A stretch of DNA of 63,630 nt, the filler included, from Pseudobdellovibrionaceae bacterium (GTDB lineage: Bacteria > Bdellovibrionota > Bdellovibrionia > Bdellovibrionales > UBA1609), in assembly GCA_030591685.1 (NCBI GenBank). It is 4 parts of 4 records of this genome, joined end to end, with 100 filler letters (N's around TTAATTAATTAA, not from the genome) between each part and the next. Parts side by side here need not be neighbours in the genome. Positions count along the whole stretch, not along the records: positions 39,066 to 61,173 come from JAUVAX010000036.1; positions 61,274 to 63,630 come from JAUVAX010000093.1; 2 more parts are not named here. The stretch is one strand, 5' to 3'. The translations under genes were made by a program, and so were the position numbers. How positions within the stretch are numbered: position 1 is the first letter of the stretch; each line of letters starts with the position of its first letter. Below are positions 59,918 through 63,630 of this stretch, piece by piece. Below the pieces are notes generated by a model. That model did not search any database. It was not told the origin of the DNA and saw only the letters and a program-made list of their open reading frames with translations.

Positions 59918-60925
59918 TTAAAGGCGGGCCATATTTTTTTGGGGGCATAAGTGAGATAAAGACTTAATAAAGTTGTGGGGGTTAAGATGAGCGCTCTTCC
60001 ACAAAACTTCCCAGTGAAGATGAGGGCCCTCAACTCGTCCTGTAGCGCCTGAAAAACCAATAATCTGTCCTGGTTGGACGTAATCACTGACTTTAACGTT
60101 GAATCGACTCAAGTGCATGTACCTTGAGTACAGTCCACCGCCATGATTAACAACAATAATATTACCTGGCACAATCATGTTTGAGGCAAAAACAACATGG
60201 CCCACGCCCATGGATCGAATCGCAGTGCCCGATGAAGCCCTCATGTCTACCCCCGTGTGGTAATATGAGCGACCATTTGGTAAATTTCTTGGGGCCGAAA
60301 ATTTAGATACAATTTTAGATAACAGAGGTGGTGAAAAACAATAGTTACTAATGTGCCCGTTATTTTTAGAGAGTAGATTACTCATTGTCTTTTTTTGCTT
60401 TAATTTTTGTGCTGTAAATTTATTATTCATTTTGTTCCACGTATTAGCGGGTATTCTGAGGTCATTGCCAGAGTTTAAAGGGGGTCTTTTAACTAAAATT
60501 ACATGCTTAAATATTTTTTGCCGGGAGTGTTTAAAAAAACTTTCTAAAAAAGAGGGCTTTTTCACAAAATACTCACCGGTGAGCTCTACAGTAGACCCCG
60601 AATACAGACTAACTGAAGCCCAGTATTTTTTTAAGCCGAGCACCTTAACCATTTTTTTAGAGCCCAACTGTAGACTTTTTAAAGGTGTACGAAGGGTTAT
60701 GTTCACAATTTCTCCAGCTACAATTTCTGTGGGGAGCTTAATGTGAGATCGATACGCAGTGATATGAACAATATTTTTACTAGGATGCAACACCAGGGCA
60801 ACAAGTATAAGGCAACTGTAAGCTATGGTACGCCAACAATGGGGCTTGATACCAGCTGTTGACGTTAAAATATATTTAAATAAATTAAGTGATTTCGGAC
60901 TAACACCAGGTCCCTCATGTCTCAA
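59918..60925 (-). CDS. M23-family metallopeptidase
   Basis: HTGVD, YMHLS, GATGRVEGPHLHW; exact start uncertain. Confidence 0.9.
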   Translation of the reverse strand: MRHEGPGVSPKSLNLFKYILTSTAGIKPHCWRTIAYSCLILVALVLHPSKNIVHITAYRSHIKLPTEIVAGEIVNITLRTPLKSLQLGSKKMVKVLGLKKYWASVSLYSGSTVELTGEYFVKKPSFLESFFKHSRQKIFKHVILVKRPPLNSGNDLRIPANTWNKMNNKFTAQKLKQKKTMSNLLSKNNGHISNYCFSPPLLSKIVSKFSAPRNLPNGRSYYHTGVDMRASSGTAIRSMGVGHVVFASNMIVPGNIIVVNHGGGLYSRYMHLSRFNVKVSDYVQPGQIIGFSGATGRVEGPHLHWEVLWKSAHLNPHNFIKSLSHLCPQKNMARL

Positions 60926-61061
60926 AATACCGCCCCCATATATAGAATAGTAATTATAGCATTAATTTTTGGAGATGTAATAGTGAGCTGGCTGAAAGGC
61001 GCTCGGCGGCATTTAAATATTTACTTTTAGAATCTGCTTCGAGGGATGATTTGCCCGACCA

Positions 61062-61173
61062 GTGATGGGTGATGGGTGATGGGTGATGGGTGATGGGTGA
61101 TGGGTGATGGGTGATGGGTGATGGGTGATGGGTGATGGGTGATGGGTGATGGGTGATGGGTGATGGGTGATGG
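61062..61173. repeat. Tandem repeat (GTGATGG)16 at the contig end
   Basis: Sixteen perfect 7-nt units running to the linker. Confidence 0.95.
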
Positions 61174-61273
61174 NNNNNNNNNNNNNNNNNNNNNNNNNNN
61201 NNNNNNNNNNNNNNNNNTTAATTAATTAANNNNNNNNNNNNNNNNNNNNNNNNNNNNNNNNNNNNNNNNNNNN
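61174..61273. other. Artificial contig linker
   Basis: N44-TTAATTAATTAA-N44. Confidence 0.98.
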
Positions 61274-61420
61274 ACTACAGCAGATATTAATATCTCCATC
61301 AATGTTCCTCTCCATGTTGCTAAGCGTAATAATTTAAGTCTTAATGAACATATTGGTATTTCTCTACTTAGCGAAGGCATACATTTAATGCCCTACCAAA
61401 TATTACGTAAGGATGTTTAA
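61274..61420 (+). CDS. 3' end of a gene, possibly the C-terminal TOBE-like domain of an ABC ATPase
   Basis: Open frame TTADINISINVPLHVAKRNNL...IGISLLSEGIHLMP...* from the contig start. Confidence 0.5.
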   Translation, partial: TTADINISINVPLHVAKRNNLSLNEHIGISLLSEGIHLMPYQILRKDV

Positions 61421-61424
61421 CCTA

Positions 61425-61596
61425 AGAGACTGTGAAAGTATTGGTTTTTAGCTCCCCTCTTTGGAAAAGAGGGGCTGGGGGAGATTTTATTACAAAAACA
61501 ATTCATTTAATATCAATGAGTTATTTTTTATAGAATCCCCCTCAATCCCCCTTTTCCAAAGGGGGAGGTCAAAATTAGAATACTTTCACAGCCTCT
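61425..61596. mobile_element. MITE-like element with terminal inverted repeats and internal REP-like hairpins
   Basis: AGAGACTGTGAAAGTATT ... AATACTTTCACAGCCTCT ends; internal inverted CCCCTCTTTGGAAAAGAGGGG / CCCCCTTTTCCAAAGGGGG. Confidence 0.8.
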
Positions 61597-61863
61597 TTAG
61601 CTTCGCTTCCATGATTAGAATTGACAAGCATATCTCTTAAGTCAACAGCATTGTGTCCTTAGCCGGGCTATATCGAACACATTAAACGTAACGATCAGAA
61701 GTAAAGCCCGTCACTTTGTTAAGATATACTTCACGCGGTCACGGATGCGGAATTTATAGCGAGTTGATTTTTGTAGTAGATAAAGGCCGGCAATAGTTAG
61801 CCACCTTTAACTGTAAACAACGAAGGTAAAGCGCCAATAAACCGACAGCCTCACAAAAAAACT

Positions 61864-62682
61864 TTAAGAGACTTTTTTAAAATACCGAACCCGCCCACCA
61901 CGAATTGACTCGATATTTTTTACGGTAACAGGCATAGATTCTGTACTACTTAAAAAAAGATAGCCACCTGGCTCCAGCATATCGACCATTCGAGACAGAA
62001 TATCCCGCTTAACCTCATCAGAAAAATAGATTAATACATTTCGACAAAAAATCACATCGAACCGCCCTAAAACAGAAAAAGGCTTTAGTAAATTAAATTG
62101 TTGAAATCTGACTCTACTTGCAACGGATGAACTTAACTTGTATCCATCATGCGTTTTCTGAAAAAACCGTGTTTTTGTCTGAACATCCAAGCCCCGAGAC
62201 AGCGCTAAATCAGAATAAACGGCCGCTTTTGCTTCTTGTAAAATAGATTCTGAAATATCTGTCCCAATAATTTGTACGCTAGGCGTTGCCCCCCTTTTAT
62301 TACTCGCGTCTTCCACACACATACTAATAGTATAAGGCTCTTGCCCTGAAGAACAGGCAGCCGACCAAACCTTCACAGTGCCACGTTTTCTGTTAAATAT
62401 TTCTGGAAATATATTTTCCTTTAATTCTGTAAACTGGGTATCATCCCGAAACCAAAACGTCTCATTGGTTGTCATCGCATCAACGACTGCCGCTTTAATT
62501 CTTACACTTAAAGAACTATTCGTTTTAATAGTAGCTGCTAATTCAGAGAATGAAGCCAAATCAAATTTAGTCAACAACCCTGTTAATCTATTTTTTACCA
62601 GATATTGCTTAGTATCGCTCAAAACGATGCCGCAAGATTGACTCAAAAATTGTTGAATAATTTTATATTCCACTGGTGTCAT
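61864..62682 (-). CDS. cheR: Chemotaxis methyltransferase
   Basis: TTNETFWFRD, WSAACSSGQEPY, FDVIFCRNVLIYF. Confidence 0.96.
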   Translation of the reverse strand: MTPVEYKIIQQFLSQSCGIVLSDTKQYLVKNRLTGLLTKFDLASFSELAATIKTNSSLSVRIKAAVVDAMTTNETFWFRDDTQFTELKENIFPEIFNRKRGTVKVWSAACSSGQEPYTISMCVEDASNKRGATPSVQIIGTDISESILQEAKAAVYSDLALSRGLDVQTKTRFFQKTHDGYKLSSSVASRVRFQQFNLLKPFSVLGRFDVIFCRNVLIYFSDEVKRDILSRMVDMLEPGGYLFLSSTESMPVTVKNIESIRGGRVRYFKKVS

Positions 62683-62742
62683 TTCTAACTACTCATCTCT
62701 AACTTACTTTATCCGGTAAATAGTCATTATTTAAAAACAACC

Positions 62743-63630
62743 TTATCTATTCTTTTTCTGATGGAATGCTTTTAGCTGTTCCTGAATAGTTTTCACTAAA
62801 CTGTCTGGGTCAAACTTAGCTAAAAACTTATTAGCGCCCACTTTTTCAACCATGCTGGTATTAAAAACACCACTTAAAGAGGTATGAAGCACTAAATAAA
62901 CATCCTTCATTTCGGCAGTGCTCTTAATTTTAGTCGCTAAGGTATAACCGTCCATTCTTGGCATTTCCACATCTGAAATAATCATAGAATAATAATCTGC
63001 TATATTAACGCCCTCATCAACTAATTTAGTCAGATGCTCCCATGCCTCTTGACCATCCTTCAACGAAGTACATTTAATCCCCACTTGCGTACAAACTCTT
63101 TTCACCTGGTTTCTAGCGACACTGGAATCATCAACAACTAACACATGATCATCCTCACTCATCACGTCCGCATCAATCGCCCCTTCAGAGGCACTTTCGC
63201 GCCCTCCAATCACTTCCTTCATTACTTTTTCTACATCAATAACTTCGATCAACTCACCCTCAATCTCAGTGACAGCCGTTAAATAACTTTCTTTACCTGC
63301 CCCACCGGGTGGTGCTTTTACTTGATCCCAACCGATATTAATAATCCTATCAACGGCACCGACTAGAAAGCCCTGAATCGCACGGTTATACTCGGTAACA
63401 ATCACATAACTTTCTTCATCTCTCGTTAATTCCGGCATACCAATAGCCATAGAAAGATCTAAAACAGGAATAGTTTTGCCACGTAAATGAGCAACACCAC
63501 AAATAACAGAATGTGACTTGGGAATCTGGGTCAATTTGGGGCATTGAATAACTTCTTGAACTTTAAATACATTAATCCCAAAGCGCTGTCGTCCTCTCAG
63601 CTTAAACAACAAAAGTTCGAATCTATTGTG
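62743..63630 (-). CDS. cheV: Chemotaxis protein CheV (CheW + REC), 5' end outside the window
   Basis: NRFELLLFKL..RQRFGINVFKVQEV, VDDSSVAR, SDVEMPRMDGY, HTSLSG. Confidence 0.95.
   Translation of the reverse strand, partial: HNRFELLLFKLRGRQRFGINVFKVQEVIQCPKLTQIPKSHSVICGVAHLRGKTIPVLDLSMAIGMPELTRDEESYVIVTEYNRAIQGFLVGAVDRIINIGWDQVKAPPGGAGKESYLTAVTEIEGELIEVIDVEKVMKEVIGGRESASEGAIDADVMSEDDHVLVVDDSSVARNQVKRVCTQVGIKCTSLKDGQEAWEHLTKLVDEGVNIADYYSMIISDVEMPRMDGYTLATKIKSTAEMKDVYLVLHTSLSGVFNTSMVEKVGANKFLAKFDPDSLVKTIQEQLKAFHQKKNR

Noticed and set aside
61062..61173. Tandem repeats as CRISPR arrays or telomeres (also 39066 and 47349)
   Set aside because: No spacers and no cas genes; simple microsatellites
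348..62641. Numerous 60-130-aa ORFs overlapping or antisense to assigned genes
   Set aside because: No motifs or SDs and nested in well-supported genes; treated as shadow ORFs

Overview
The window joins four contigs with three artificial 100-nt linkers (N44-TTAATTAATTAA-N44 at 15454-15553, 38966-39065 and 61174-61273). Contigs 1-3 look like an AT-rich Bdellovibrionota-type predator genome, inferred from the flagellin, a YQNC lipobox and many orphan secreted proteins. Contig 1 (1-15453) holds a GAF-bEBP and its likely sigma54-controlled lipoprotein target, a methyltransferase, a ChaN-like protein, orphan secreted proteins (one kinase-like), an old yellow enzyme, an AlaDH/PNT-superfamily enzyme, a short asparaginase and an IS1202/ISNCY-type element that truncates a gene. 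Contig 2 (15554-38965) holds tRNA-Ser, gmhA, tRNA-Arg and tRNA-Asn, then about 21 kb of unrelated accessory genes with repeated boundary motifs and several frameshifts. Contig 3 (39066-61173) is mostly core genome: flagellin, thyA-folA, an HD protein, an acyl-CoA dehydrogenase, purD, tsaC, a histidine kinase/NtrC pair, mpaA, glmU-glmS, trmFO, a DciA-like gene and an M23 peptidase. Contig 4 (61274-63630; cheV-cheR and a MITE) looks gammaproteobacterial and may be mis-binned. Best leads: (i) two unrelated secreted proteins sharing a single-Cys terminal C-x-S-I-F tag and -24/-12-like promoters; (ii) a cassette-like array with a degenerate ~28-bp motif at gene 3' ends; (iii) a probable AUU start on the SUI1/YciH gene; (iv) a His-rich leader ending in RPP upstream of HupE/UreJ; (v) a complete sigma54 enhancer module beside a bEBP with a GAATGT loop. 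All calls come from reading the sequence by eye; no searches were run.
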